Below, piece by piece: positions 62,592 through 64,000 of a DNA stretch of 64,000 bases (position 1 is its first letter; each line of letters begins with the position of its first letter). Below the pieces are notes generated by a model. The model had not been told where the DNA came from, made no database searches, and was given only the letters and a program-made list of their open reading frames with translations. The stretch covers positions 62,001-126,000 of the forward strand of contig JAXLNO010000293.1 of assembly GCA_038087875.1 (NCBI GenBank). Reading direction: 5' to 3'. The translations under genes were made by a program, and so were the position numbers. This DNA is from Malacoraja senta. Its lineage: Eukaryota.

Positions 62592-64000
62592 CATAGAAAC
62601 ATAGAAAATAGATGCAGCAGGAGGCCATTCGGCCCTACGAGTCAGCACCGCCATACATTGTGATCATGGCTGATCGTCCCCTATCAATAACCCGTGCCTG
62701 CCTTCTCCCCATATCCCTTGACTCCACTAGCCCCTAAAGCTCTATCTAACTCTCTCTTAAATCCACCCAGTGACTTGGCCTCCACTGCACTCTGTGGCAG
62801 GGAATTCCATAAATTCATAACTCTCTGAGTGAAAACGTTTTTTCTCATCTCAGTCCTAAATGACCTCCCCCTTATTCTAAGACTGTGGTCCCTGGTTCTG
62901 GACTCGCCCAACATTGGAAACATTTTTCCTGCATCTAGCTTGTCCAGTCCTTTTATAATTTTAGATGTTTCTATAAGATCCCTCCTCATCGTTCTAAACT
63001 CCAGTGAATACAAATCTAGTCTTTTCAATCTTTCCTCATATAACAGTCCCGCCATCGCAGGGATCAATCTCGTGAACCTACGCTGCACTGCCTCAATCAC
63101 AAGGATGTCCTTCCTCAAATTAGGAGACCAAAACTGGACACAATACTCCGGATGTGGTCTCACCAGAGCCCTATACAACTGCAGAAGAACCTCTTTACTG
63201 CTATACTGAAATCCTCTTGTTATGAAGGCCATTTATTGTTATTAGCTTTCTTCACTGCCTGCCGTACCTGTAAGCCAACTTTCAGTGACCGGTGTACAAG
63301 GACGCCCAGGTCTCGCTGCACCTTCCCCTTACATAACCTAACCAATTGAGATAATAATCTGCCCCCTTGTTTTTGCCGCCAAAGTGGATAACCTCACATT
63401 TATCTATATTATACTGCATCTGCCACGCATCTGCCCACCCACTCAACCTGTCCAGGTCACCCCGCAACCTCCTAACATCCTCTTCACAGATCACACTGCC
63501 ACCCAGCTTTGTGTCATTCGCAAACTTGCTAGTGTTGCTCCTAATTCACTCTTCCAAATCATTAATATATATGGTAAACAGTTGCGGCCCCATCACCGAG
63601 CCTTGCGGCACACCACTCGCCACCGCCTGCCATTCTGAAAAGGACCCGTTCACTCCTACTCTTTGTTTCCGGTTTGCCAACCAGTTTTCTATCCATGTCA
63701 ACACCCTACCCCCAATACCATGTGCTCTAATTTTAGTCACCAGTCTCCCGTGCAGGACCTTATCAATGGCTTTCTAAAAGTCTAGATACACTACATCCAC
63801 TAGCACCCCTTCATCAATTGTACTTGTCACATTATCAAAAAATTCCAGAAGATTAGTTAAGCATGATTTCCCTTTCATAAATCCATGTTGACTTGAACTA
63901 ATCCTTTTAATGCTTTCCAAATGCCCCCATTATTACCTTTTTAAAAATTGACTGCACCATCTTTCAGGCTAACTGGTCTGTAATTCCCCGTTTTCTCTCT
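62592..64000 (-). mobile_element. CR1 LINE RT and 3' end, duplicate of 35890-37342
   Basis: Same motifs and same unusual junction (accagttag/ctgaaagatg) as the left copy. Confidence 0.93.

Larger units (their letters stand above)
54303..64000 (+). repeat. Right arm of large inverted duplication, runs off the window
   Basis: Reverse complement of 35928-45726. Confidence 0.95.

Overview
Repeat-rich eukaryotic genomic DNA. The repeat set (HE1-like V-SINEs, CR1, Penelope pseudo-LTRs, GPR139-like GPCR relics) suggests a cartilaginous fish, probably a skate or ray; this is inference. The left third holds the 3' part of a DIRS1 tyrosine-recombinase retrotransposon, CR1/SINE/Penelope debris, two decayed GPR139-like GPCR fragments and a full-length but degraded Gypsy element with mismatched LTRs. 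The right two-thirds hold three six-exon RING/B-box/coiled-coil/PRY-SPRY TRIM genes, which I label A, B and D. Copy A (minus) has an open frame but non-canonical donors. Copies B (minus) and D (plus) form a head-to-head inverted duplication of about 10 kb per arm, and each carries different lesions. The spacer between the arms contains a 200-N gap and an unannotated 5' fragment of NELFE, an MHC class III marker: a 70-nt exon, a probable CpG-island first exon, and the exon-2 3' end repeated 5-7 times inside a GA-rich tract. Many Penelope pseudo-LTRs carry minimal hammerhead-ribozyme cores. All calls are by eye, without database searches; percent identities are rough manual estimates.
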